Shown: piece by piece, positions 37,188 to 48,800 of the stretch
Numbering within the stretch: the stretch's first letter is position 1
Layout of the letters: the number at the start of each line of letters is the position of its first letter
Source: a virus
IMG/VR virus record: IMGVR_UViG_3300029813_000255
Coordinates: 1 to 64,000 of that record
Reading direction: 5' to 3' (one strand)
Length of the DNA: 64,000 bases
Notes under the pieces: model-generated
The model's database searches: none
What the model was told of the DNA's origin: nothing
Seen by the model: the letters and a program-made list of their open reading frames with translations, nothing else
Translations under genes and position numbers: made by a program

Positions 37188-40100
37188 GAATGAAATGGCT
37201 TTTTGTTGTTGTGCTTTTGTGTTTTATAATGAGTACAGTTAGTGGTGCTGCTGAATTTAAAGATACTGTACAATATCATACGGCATTATCGGAATCATGG
37301 TCTGGAGATGGAACTATCGTGAACTATCCTGCTGCATATCCATATTCTAAAGCGATAGAGCTTTATTCCGGTGGTTTAAAGTCCGCAACAACTATTAACA
37401 AAACTTTAAGCGACTATTGGTCTTTTTATGTACGTGATCATAGTGGTACCGATTATGGAGATGAATTTTTGGGTGTTTTGTTTTATGATGAAGATGGTGG
37501 TTTGATACCAAGTGGACATATTTCCATGTTTTGGGGGGGTAATGATGCTTATGTTTTACGTGAAGTACACTTAACTACAAATATTCAACATATTGGACAT
37601 TCTGGTTATATAGAATTACAACGTGAAGGTGATCAAATGTATTTACGAGTTGATGGAGTAGATAAAGGTAGTTTAGGACCATGTACGAAAAGACCGGCGT
37701 ATATGCGAATATCTAATAATCGTGCTCACAGCAGTAAGTATATCGCTACTCGTTTTGATTCAATAACCACTGGAGATGGTATTGTGGGTATAGGACACCA
37801 AGCTAATCCTTTACATAGCGTTACAGAAGTTGCAAATAACGAATTGGATGTAGAATGGACATTAAAATCTATACCATTTAGTGAATACACAAATTCGCAA
37901 TACGATATGAAAGTAAAACGGGCTACATGGAATGAATTTTATAATGTGACTACTATAAAGGCAGCAGGAGATTCAGTAACTTTACCACGAGGATTTGTTA
38001 AATACAATTGGTCAAGTTTGTTTCAAGCAAATCATTTTGGATTGTATTGGTTTGAAACATATAAAAGTGGTAGCGGAGAACCAGAATTGATAGATCAAGA
38101 TTGGATTTTCTATAAAGATATAGGCGAACCTTCCACAATAAACATAGAAGACACAGAATACGCAATAGGTGAAGCAATGAATATATCTTATTACATAGAT
38201 TCTCCTGACTTCGGAGCAAACCAATACAAGATACAGATTTTTGATGCAACGGGACAGCTCAAAGACGAACGTGTTTTGACTATGCAAGCAGCCACAGAGC
38301 AAATCACATCTACAATAGACTGGGAAGAAGGTATGTTATATGCCGTTTTGGTGAAGGATACGAAACCAGCGATTATAGAAGACCCACCGGAAGATATTAT
38401 AGATTTAGCTTATGACTTTTGCACACTTTCAAATGTAATTTATATTACGGGAAAAGTGTATGATGCTTCCAATGCTGATAATTTAGTTGATGGAACGCTA
38501 TTAGATAATGTATCGTTGAATTGGACACAAGCAGGCACTATTTACAACACTACTTCAGATGCTAACGGCAATTACGAATTTACTGATCCTACTACACTTT
38601 TGGAAATAGAATGGTTTCAGGATGTTCCGATAACAGTACACGCAGAGAAAACGGGGTACACACACTCAGATTTCGATATGACTATAATTAAAGCGGGACG
38701 ATACACAGTAGATATTTATATGACACCGCCCTACGATTATGAAAACATATCTATTTCGGGTGTTGTCGCCGATGATATATTTCATCAAGCAATACCATAT
38801 GCCGAAGTACATATATGGAATGCTACGTGGTCTAATACAACATATACTAATACGTGGGGTTGGTATGAATTCAATAATCTTACAAACGGCACCTATAACA
38901 TGTATGCAAAGAAGGAAACATATAGACAAAGTGGTACAATACAAGTAAGTGCATGGAATATGTCATTAACGTTAGATAGTTGTGATACTTTAGATTACGT
39001 GGAATCAACTTTAGATACCTGTGACAGCGTAACAGGATGGAATTCGGATAATACGTTAACATTAAATACCACTGATTACATAAAAGGAACAGGATCGTTA
39101 CAGAGTGTAGGTACAAATACAATGGATTTCAATAAGACTTTTTCCGCTTTCAACTCTAATGTAACAAAGGAGGGATATTTCTATTTCTATTCAAAAATAG
39201 ACAACACAACAAATATAAGTTCAGTGAATGTAACAGTCACACTGAGTAGTAATGCAACAGGGACAACAGATACGTTAGTGTGGGAAATAAACAAAACACT
39301 TTTTACTGATACATGGAATCTTACTTTTTTGGAGTTGTCACAAGCAGTGGAAACGGGTACGTGTGATTTATCAGCAATTCGTTTCTTTGAATTAGAAAGC
39401 ACAAAATCTGCGAGTATCACTACAAAAATAGACTTTTTAGCGTTTATCGAATATGTTGATTGGAATTCTAATATTAATCTATCGCTTGATACGTCAGACA
39501 AACAAGAAGGTACAGCTTCTATATTAGCGAGCGGTAAAGCATGGATACCTGGTTCCTACGATCATTATTTTGGTTGGTCCCCCGGTGGAACAATACCTCC
39601 TCCGCCAGATGTACCCATTCCTGAATATTGGGTTGACCGATATTGGAGTGCACCCCCACCGGGAGCAAACAGTTTTTCATCATCAAATGAACTGGGACGG
39701 TTACAAATATGGTATAAACCTGACCATACAAAAGATCGTGATATTATATTAGCTTCCGGCGATACTACAAATTATTTGTACTGGCAAGATGTTGGTACTG
39801 TGGGTTCGTGGAATTTAGAACGTTTATTCTTTAAAGATGCATATGAAAATGGAACTATGAATTTTGGTGGAATACAATGGTTTGTTTTGTTGGGAAATCG
39901 TTCGGGTAGTGCAGATGCAGAGGATCGTATAGACAATATAGAATTAGTACAAACAGGAGGAACACGTCAAAACTTCTTTTTGGGCAAGTACTACGATTTA
40001 ACAGTTCATGCTAAAGATATGGATACCAGGTATACAATTACTTCATTCACAGCTATATTAGATAGTACAACAGTAGTCGAGACAACAACTGGTGCGATTG

Positions 40101-41125
40101 TTTTTCCGAATGTGACCTATGGTATCTATCCTTTAGAAGTCAGTGCAAATGGTTACTACACAAACAAGCAATACGTTTTTATGGGACAGGATACAGAACA
40201 AACAGTCTATCTCACAAAAATAGAGAATGTCAGTACTACTGGTGTAGGACAAGCTTACGCGCCAATTCCAGTTGAATTTCGTGTAATAAATATAGGTGGA
40301 ATTCCAAAAAGTAATGTAAACGTGTCGGCTGTTGGTATTGAAACTACAATGGGTGCATGGTCATGGCTCCAAGATATTTTTGGATATTCAAGTAAGGTGG
40401 AGCTTCAAAACACAAGCATGAACGGTACAACTGACAGTATGGGACACTTAACCTTTGTAATGGTAGAAACTATTAAATACAAAATAGACTTCACAAAACC
40501 GTCAGAAGGCATAAATGAAACCTTGTATTTCTATCCGAAAGAGAAACAATACACAATTGTTGTCACATCTCCCCGTGCGCCAAGTATGATAGATTATGTT
40601 GACTGGAATCTCAGTGTTCAACCTGAAAATTCAACGCATTCAAACCTGACTCTCTTCTACAACGATACTATGGCTCAAACGAGTAATTTGAGGTTCTTTG
40701 TTAAAGACGAAAACAGAAGCGAAATTTACAATCAATCATTTAGTAGTGAAAGTATTATTAGCGTTGGTTACCTCGTGAATAAGTCATCTGGTCAATCGTA
40801 CTTTTGGGGGTTTAATGTGACTCACGATGAGTTTGATGAATTCAAAGCGACAAAAGCTATTACTTTCAAGAGTAGGTTGATTGATCTGAAACTCAAACCC
40901 GGAAATGAAAATTACTACACCTGGATTTCTGTTTGCTTACTTGTTATGATCTCTACATTATTTTCTGCCGTAACGAGTAAATTTGGGTACGTTGTGATTC
41001 CGTTTATGGGTGGATTTTTCTATTGGATTGGCTGGCTGGAAATTTCTGCTGTCATTCTTAGTGTTGTTATGTTTTTCGGAGTCATTTTATATATGGGCAA
41101 GAAAGAAAGGGAGAGTGGACTATAA
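37166..41125 (+). CDS. Large secreted, C-terminally membrane-anchored virion/adhesin glycoprotein
   Basis: Signal peptide, carboxypeptidase-regulatory-like Ig domains, many N-x-S/T sequons, three C-terminal TM helices. Confidence 0.8.
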   Translation: MGGCNRMRMKWLFVVVLLCFIMSTVSGAAEFKDTVQYHTALSESWSGDGTIVNYPAAYPYSKAIELYSGGLKSATTINKTLSDYWSFYVRDHSGTDYGDEFLGVLFYDEDGGLIPSGHISMFWGGNDAYVLREVHLTTNIQHIGHSGYIELQREGDQMYLRVDGVDKGSLGPCTKRPAYMRISNNRAHSSKYIATRFDSITTGDGIVGIGHQANPLHSVTEVANNELDVEWTLKSIPFSEYTNSQYDMKVKRATWNEFYNVTTIKAAGDSVTLPRGFVKYNWSSLFQANHFGLYWFETYKSGSGEPELIDQDWIFYKDIGEPSTINIEDTEYAIGEAMNISYYIDSPDFGANQYKIQIFDATGQLKDERVLTMQAATEQITSTIDWEEGMLYAVLVKDTKPAIIEDPPEDIIDLAYDFCTLSNVIYITGKVYDASNADNLVDGTLLDNVSLNWTQAGTIYNTTSDANGNYEFTDPTTLLEIEWFQDVPITVHAEKTGYTHSDFDMTIIKAGRYTVDIYMTPPYDYENISISGVVADDIFHQAIPYAEVHIWNATWSNTTYTNTWGWYEFNNLTNGTYNMYAKKETYRQSGTIQVSAWNMSLTLDSCDTLDYVESTLDTCDSVTGWNSDNTLTLNTTDYIKGTGSLQSVGTNTMDFNKTFSAFNSNVTKEGYFYFYSKIDNTTNISSVNVTVTLSSNATGTTDTLVWEINKTLFTDTWNLTFLELSQAVETGTCDLSAIRFFELESTKSASITTKIDFLAFIEYVDWNSNINLSLDTSDKQEGTASILASGKAWIPGSYDHYFGWSPGGTIPPPPDVPIPEYWVDRYWSAPPPGANSFSSSNELGRLQIWYKPDHTKDRDIILASGDTTNYLYWQDVGTVGSWNLERLFFKDAYENGTMNFGGIQWFVLLGNRSGSADAEDRIDNIELVQTGGTRQNFFLGKYYDLTVHAKDMDTRYTITSFTAILDSTTVVETTTGAIVFPNVTYGIYPLEVSANGYYTNKQYVFMGQDTEQTVYLTKIENVSTTGVGQAYAPIPVEFRVINIGGIPKSNVNVSAVGIETTMGAWSWLQDIFGYSSKVELQNTSMNGTTDSMGHLTFVMVETIKYKIDFTKPSEGINETLYFYPKEKQYTIVVTSPRAPSMIDYVDWNLSVQPENSTHSNLTLFYNDTMAQTSNLRFFVKDENRSEIYNQSFSSESIISVGYLVNKSSGQSYFWGFNVTHDEFDEFKATKAITFKSRLIDLKLKPGNENYYTWISVCLLVMISTLFSAVTSKFGYVVIPFMGGFFYWIGWLEISAVILSVVMFFGVILYMGKKERESGL

Positions 41126-41158
41126 ACCTTTATAAATATAAATATCAAAGAATATATA

Positions 41159-42373
41159 ATGACAAAAGTAAAGTGTTTGATATGTGGAAAAGAATTTGAT
41201 TGGCTACCTCCTCACTTGAGAATTCATAATATTACTACCAAAGAATATTACAATAGATTTCCAGACGCTAAAATTATGGCAGATAATTTATCTCGTACAG
41301 GAGAAAATAATCCTGCGTATGGTAAACCTGCATGGAATAAAGGATTAACTAAAGAAACTGATAAAAGAGTTGAGAAATATTCAGGTAGCAGACCAGGTTC
41401 AAGACCTGATTTAAAAGAAAAACAAACAGGGAAAACATTTGAAGAGATTTGGGGTATAGAAAAAGCTACTGAAATAAAAAAAAATATAAGTGAAACAGCT
41501 AAAGGAAAATATGCCTCTGGTGAGACTATTTCAGAAAGGAAAGGCAAAACAAAGGAAAACGATACTGGATGTAAAAGAACAAGTGAAAAACTTAAAGGAA
41601 AACCAAAATCCGAAGAACACAAAAAAAAGTTGCGAGGAAAAAGAGGTCCAAATGAAAAATTAAAAGGGCGAATAATGTCAGAAGAGACCAGAAGAAAGAT
41701 GAGCAAAGCGAAAGACAAACACGCTAAACGAAAAGTTAATTGTAAATACTGCAATAAAGAATTTGTTGCATATCGTTCAGTAATTGAAAGTGGTGTAGGA
41801 ATTTTTTGTTCGATAAAATGCAAAGGAAAATACCAAACAGAACTTAATAAAGCTAACATATTAAAAACTAAATGTTCTTATTGCGGTAAAGAGATAACAA
41901 TTACTCCGTCTCGAATGAAGGCGCGTACTAATCTTTTTTGTTCAGTAAAATGTAATGCAAAATGGAAATCCGAAAATCTAACTAAAGAAAAATCATATCT
42001 ATGGAGGGGTGGAATATCCTTTAAACCATACTGTGAAAAATTTAATAATAATCTGAAAGAACGCGTTCGTACTTTTTTTGGTAGATGCTGTTATCTCTGC
42101 GGAAAAAATGAAATGGAAAATGGAAAAAAGCTTGACGTACATCACGTAAACTATCAAAAAATGGCGTGTTGTTCCGAAGAGATTAGACCTTTATTTGTTC
42201 CTTTATGTACATCATGTCATGGAAAAACACACGGAAACAGAGAATACTGGAAAGATTTTTTTACTACAAGTTTAGAATACTTAACAGATGGGAAGTGTTT
42301 CTATACCAAAGATGAAACAAAAGAAAGAATTCACAATATAAATATAGGCGGTGGTTCCCCTGCGCGCATTTGA
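41159..42373 (+). CDS. Zn-finger/NUMOD3 + HNH homing-type endonuclease
   Basis: C2H2 N-terminus, PAWNKGLTKETD, FCS..C repeats, HNH domain closely similar to 29645-30466. Confidence 0.85.
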   Translation: MTKVKCLICGKEFDWLPPHLRIHNITTKEYYNRFPDAKIMADNLSRTGENNPAYGKPAWNKGLTKETDKRVEKYSGSRPGSRPDLKEKQTGKTFEEIWGIEKATEIKKNISETAKGKYASGETISERKGKTKENDTGCKRTSEKLKGKPKSEEHKKKLRGKRGPNEKLKGRIMSEETRRKMSKAKDKHAKRKVNCKYCNKEFVAYRSVIESGVGIFCSIKCKGKYQTELNKANILKTKCSYCGKEITITPSRMKARTNLFCSVKCNAKWKSENLTKEKSYLWRGGISFKPYCEKFNNNLKERVRTFFGRCCYLCGKNEMENGKKLDVHHVNYQKMACCSEEIRPLFVPLCTSCHGKTHGNREYWKDFFTTSLEYLTDGKCFYTKDETKERIHNINIGGGSPARI

Positions 42374-42761
42374 AATTATACTTTTTATCCTGCTTTTACA
42401 AGCTTCTGTAGCGTTCGTAGGCAATATAGACCTATTTAAAGGTAGTGATCACATGGAATATTCTGCGTTAGCTGATAATCGCTATAGTACATGGAACGTT
42501 ACAGGAGAACTATCCGGATACAGTGTTGGGGAAGAAGCTTCAGCATGGGACTACTTTTCAGCTTCGGTAAGTTTCTTGATTGACGGACTGATAATGTTTT
42601 TCAAAATTATCTTTTCTGTGGTCTTTATATATCCGGTACTTGACAAAGTATTCGGACTTCCTTGGCAACTCTCGGCTTTGATACAGGTTGGTATTGTCAC
42701 TATTTACATATGGGGCTTAATGCAATACAAGAGCGGAAAATCTACGAAAATGATGGAATAA
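42351..42761 (+). CDS. Membrane protein (virion-associated?)
   Basis: Three hydrophobic segments. Confidence 0.65.
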   Translation: MVPLRAFEIILFILLLQASVAFVGNIDLFKGSDHMEYSALADNRYSTWNVTGELSGYSVGEEASAWDYFSASVSFLIDGLIMFFKIIFSVVFIYPVLDKVFGLPWQLSALIQVGIVTIYIWGLMQYKSGKSTKMME

Positions 42762-42870
42762 AAACTACACCCAAAACAAACCTTTTGTGAAAATATTGAA
42801 AAGGTTTATATATACCAATGCTTTACGTTTTCACAATGTTGAAATTAATACTGCGCAAAAGAGGGAGAAA

Positions 42871-45800
42871 ATGAAAGCAAGAAATGTATTTGTAACATTT
42901 ATATTAGTGAGTGTTGTATTGGCTTTGTTAGTAAGTGTAAGCGGCGCTACGTGGTGCAACAATGACTATGCTAAGAGGATAAATGTGAGTGTAAATAACA
43001 CAGGCGGTGCGGCATTAACTGATTATCAAGTTTATGTGAATTTGAATTCTAATCCAATAAATGAAAGTTCAATTAGAGTGTATAACTCTACAGGATGCAC
43101 ATTGAGGCCACATTGGTGTGAAAACACAACAAGTGGGAATTGCACTAAATTGTGGATAAATTATTCGAGTGTTGCTGCGAGTGCATGGACGAACAATACA
43201 GCAATATATTATGATAATGCAACAGTGAGTTCTGCAAGTAATATTACTACTACATTCGTGTTTGGTGATGATTTTAGTGTTGATGTTGATGTAAATCTGA
43301 TAGCAGAGCCTACAAATCCAACCAGAATTGTTGATGATGCTTGGGAAGCACTGGCTATAGTTGAACAGTCCGACTTCAATTATGGAGGAGAATATATAAG
43401 TTGGTATCGGTCGAATACCAGCGGGAATCAAGCAGTTGGCTTTGAAAATTCGACAGATGGAATTACATGGAATCCTGATTCAGGAAATCCAATTATTAGT
43501 TCTACTGCTCTTTATGTTTATGTTGTACAAGATGGTGATTGCTTCTATCTTTTTAAAAATACTGATAGTAATGGATATGGATCTATTTATCTATATAATG
43601 TTACCGATCATACAAATCCCGTTATTATGAACGGGGGAAATCCTGTATATACCCGCAGTTCAACAACTACTGATTGGGATTGGAGAATATTCAATCCAGG
43701 AGTTAGTATTGATAGTGACGGTGTATGGCACATGCTACTTGAAGGGCAATCAAATGCAGGAGTATTCCGATTAGGCTATGCTTATTCTAACCTCACAGAA
43801 ATGAATTGGTCTAAGCATAGATCAAGTTCGTATGTAATAAATACAGCAGGAAATCCATATTTAAAATATGTACCAGATAGAAATGCTCTTCTCGCGTTGT
43901 ACGGTGATATAAGTGGTAGTTATTGGAAGGTCATATCAAGTTGCGCAAATCTATCAGATGATCTTTCTTTGTCCGCAAGTTGGTATTCATCTCTAAACTT
44001 TGAAATAGCTCATTCTGGAATTCATACCGCAGATCCACATGCAATGTTTAATTTTAACGCTACATATCCTACAATGATTTCATATAATTATAATCAAGCA
44101 AGTATATATCAAACTTATTCGGCATTAGCACTTAATGAATTTTATGATGTTATAACAACAGAGGCATTTGAAAAATGGAATACATATGGTACGTCTACAA
44201 ATACGGTAAAGGACGGAATATTAAATATTACATCTGTATCAGATAATTGGGGAATATTCATAGGCAAAACAAGTGTTTCGATGCCAAATATAATTGAGGC
44301 GTGGGCAAAAGTTGCGGCTGCCGATGATCGCGCACGAGTAGCATTTTCATCAGATATAGATACTACTTCTACAAATCTCGTTGCATGGTGGTGGGCACAT
44401 GGAACCAGCAATCCATATGTTGCAGCTTATGTTGGTGGAAGTGGTGGATATACTCAATTAGGAGAAGCATTGAATCATGTAAATTATCATAGATATAAAA
44501 TAGAATGGATATCTGGAATTGCTAATTTCTATTATGATAGTGTATATAAAGCTAATAGAACAACAAACATACCAACATCAGATTTACCGGCGTGGATGCT
44601 CTCTGGAACTGGTGGTGATGTGATAGGCTATTGGGATTGGATATTCGTCCGTAAATACACTTCTGTTGAACCTTCTACTACTTTAGGCAACGAAGAGCAG
44701 CAAGCAGGAGGTACGACACCAATCATCTCAAATGTCCAAAACGGTTCTATTTCTCCAACATCACAATGGATAGACTGGAATGTAAACCAAACAGCACACA
44801 ACCGCGTATTGTATTCCAACCAAAGTGATTTGACACCAGCATGGTATTCTACGTGGAATAACAGTACAAATGCACCTAACATTACTTTGAGTGCATTGAC
44901 TGCAAGTACGCAATATTGGTATCAAGCGTGGTCGTACAACACAACGAATACTTCGCTAAGTGATAATTCCAGTACATTGAGTTTCACTACAGCAGCTACA
45001 GCCGAACCTGTGATAACACTGCTATCACAAACACCTTCGCAACTATTTCAGAATTCTACTGGTCACTTCAATCAAACATGGGGCATTTCACATAATTCAA
45101 CAGGACTGAATAATTCTACACTCACGTACATTTACCATAACATCTACGATTCTGATGCACATCATTCGTTAAGATTACCAATAAATGATCGTGCTCTACC
45201 AGATGGGTGGCGAGGCGATAACCGAAATGAAAGCGGTGTGACACGGTTGACACAAGAAGGCAACACAACAATCTTTGGTAGTGATTACTGGACATGGAGC
45301 GGCTTAGACTATAACAAATCACAAATGTCTATTGAAACTGTTAACAGCACATATACAAAAATACATATAAACAGTTCAACACAATGTATGATATTTTCTA
45401 ACTCATGGTATTTAAATCATAAAGAATTAGATTCAGCAGCAAAAACGGTTTACGATATAAAGAAGCAATCTCAGCTACTCGTGGAGATATACGACACTGA
45501 AATGATGAGAAATAGAGATAGAAACTACACGGTGTCTATTTGGATTGATACAGTTGACAATCCCACTGATATTCTGTATCCAATTGAGATATGGTGGGCA
45601 AATGCTTCTTTTGATCCTACTGCGGGTACTGCATTAACTGCATCGCCATACGCTGTAAAAATGATGGATATGACTGACGACGATTGGGAAACGCGGCAAT
45701 ATAATACCACCAATTCTCATTATATGCGATTCAATATTTATGCAGGTGCAGACCCTGTTATATTACCAACAAACGAATCATATCTGTTATTCAAACATGA

Positions 45801-48800
45801 TTATCCACGTCCGTACAAATTGAACGTTACGAATGTAGCAACGATAACGAATCGCTCTTTTGCACAAACTAACGTCTCATGGACGAGTTCATTTGACCAT
45901 CCAGCAGTATATACACCATATTCATACACACCAAATATATTTTTAACATTTCACCGAGGTAATCAGACATTTGAATCAAAATTATGGGTAGCAGATAATA
46001 ATAGCTTGTGGGGTAATTCCAGCTTGGAACAGAGCGATATAGGACAATCAAACTTCCCACCTACACCTGGTAGTTTTGAACATTTCGTTTTCTATGGCTA
46101 CAACGATACAACAATGGATTGTACGTATCGTGGCAACATAAGCGTTTATCTACAGACGGGTAGAGATGCAGACGGTGGTAATTGTACGAATAACCTAACA
46201 CTTTGCTACACGAATGGGACATATGTTGCAACAATAAACAATACGTTCAATACAACAGTAAACGATTATATCAGAACAATAAACTTTAATACTACACCGT
46301 ACTACTCAACAACCGACCTATATACACTCAAACTCGTAACGACAGACGATGAATTCGATAGTGTAACAACAGATTTGCCAGTAGTGTTTTCACTATCGCC
46401 GTTGGGTACAACGGGTGCATTGTACGACAGCCGACCGTATGCAGGCAGACTAACATTTTGGGGTATCCCAAACATTCCATTTGGATGTACAACAGCAAAC
46501 AATCCTAATTTGATAGAGTACAATGCAACCACGGACGAATACATACTTAAAACGTCTTTGCACCAATCACAGTACGGTGACACTTTTTATGCAAATGAAA
46601 CTACACGGATTGTCTCATATAATAACGATTCAACACCGTTCTATCGTTGGACCGGTAACCAAGTAACTACGAACATGACTACTACATCATGGAACGCAAC
46701 GACGCAATCGCCTGTTACAAGTGCAGAGGAATTTCGGACATACGTATATTCTGATCCATTTTATTCACGAGTTAATGTCAAAAATTCAAACTTATCATAT
46801 CTTGGGAATGGTCAGATACCATATCGGGGTGTGTATATCGGCTGTGGTGAAGATGCAGTGATTGATAATAACACGTTTATGCACAACGATCAGGGACTAT
46901 CGGTCTGGGGTGGCGGTAATTTCACAATATCGAACAACACAGTCATAGACCCAATTGACCATTCCATCTCTCTATATAATATAAGTGGAAACATTACTGT
47001 ACGAGATAACGTCATAACCAGCGATGTCGAAGCTCGTGGCATCTCAACAATACATGGTGGAGCTGGTAACGAATACATCAACAACACTATAACAGGATCA
47101 GCACAATCAGGCTTATATAATCAGTATATTACTGACAGCGTTTTTAGAGATAACACTATGAATAACGTCCAGAACGGTATTGTACTCTCCAAAGAGTGTG
47201 ATAACATCACCATTAAAGATAACAACATCACTGTTGAGATGGATGTGCATGGACATCCTGCATGGGGTATAACAATCATGAGTGGTACTCATAACGTTTA
47301 CAACAACACGATAAATGCCACAAACGGATATGGAATCGTCATGTCCAACTTATACACATCAATACCATGTATCAATTCAATCATGATTAACAATAGCATC
47401 AAAACCACGCAGGGTACACATACAGACGCAGGAGTATTCGCTGATTACGTACTCAATATGAACTCAACAGGGAACATCATTCGCGATCCACAGGACACTA
47501 CAAACAGTATCAGTATAAACAACGACATTTCGGACATCCGTATTGAGAACACGGATAACGCTGTCTTTTCAGAAGATAGCGCACATCGTACATACGCATA
47601 TCTCACTAACTTTTCGTTATATGCAGATACAAACGAATCATTTAACATTACACAGCGAAACATGACAGCGTTACCTTCAACAGATAAACTCAGCATGTGG
47701 AACGTGGAATGGGATGCAACAGTCAAGTTTAACGCATCTTCAGTGACTGGCGTGAATCCTACGTGGTATAACATAACGAACGCTACGTGGACAACCGAGA
47801 CAATAGACATATACCGAAACAATAGCTTGTTTTCAAATGAAGTAGCCGATGCAAACGGTACAATCACGTACAACTATTCTGATAGTTATTCGCAGAAATA
47901 TTTTGAATTTCAAGTACAAAGTGCGGCTGCAAATTACACACCACCTGATCCTACTACTTTAGCAAATACAACCGGTAATTTCTGGGTGAATCATACATGG
48001 AATAACGGCACAGGAAACATAACCAATTCGTATAACGTTTCTGTTAACTTAACGTGGTATAACACAACTACAAATAAGTACTATAACAATACAGGGCTAC
48101 CAGCACACAACTGGAGTAATGTTACCGTATGGGCATATAATAGTAGTGGAAATGGTACACTAAGCACTGGTAACATTTCACAGAATACGCAAATACCAAA
48201 CAATGTACCAGTTTTAAATGGATTGCCTGATAACACCACAGACGAGGATGTAAACCAAACAGATATATTCGATTTGGATAGCTATTTTACTGATGCAGAT
48301 GGAGATGCACCAACGTATTTAGTTGAGAGCAATAACCAAAGCGCGTATGTGAGCGTAACAATAAACGCTTCTAATAATGTAAGTTATACCTTAGCAAGTG
48401 GTTGGAATGGTACCGCATCAGTAGTAATAAATGTTACAGATGGATGGGGGGGTGAAGATAACGACACCTTCTTAATCATAGTGAATGCAGCACCACTTCC
48501 TGGGGATTACATACCAGATGATCCCACAAATTTGCAAAACACAACAGGCAATTATTGGGTGAATTATACATGGAATGTTGGAGGAGGAAACATAACAGAT
48601 TCTTATAATGTGAGTTGGAATTTGACGTGGTATAACACAACCACAGATACATTTATGAAAAAAGAAGTAGGTGCTTCAAATTGGGCTAACATCACGGTAT
48701 ATGCTTTTAATTCGAGTGGCAACGGCACACTCAGCACAGGTTATATTTCGGATGAAGTTCAAGCACCTGCTTTTGTGCCGGGTGACTATGTACCGCCTAA

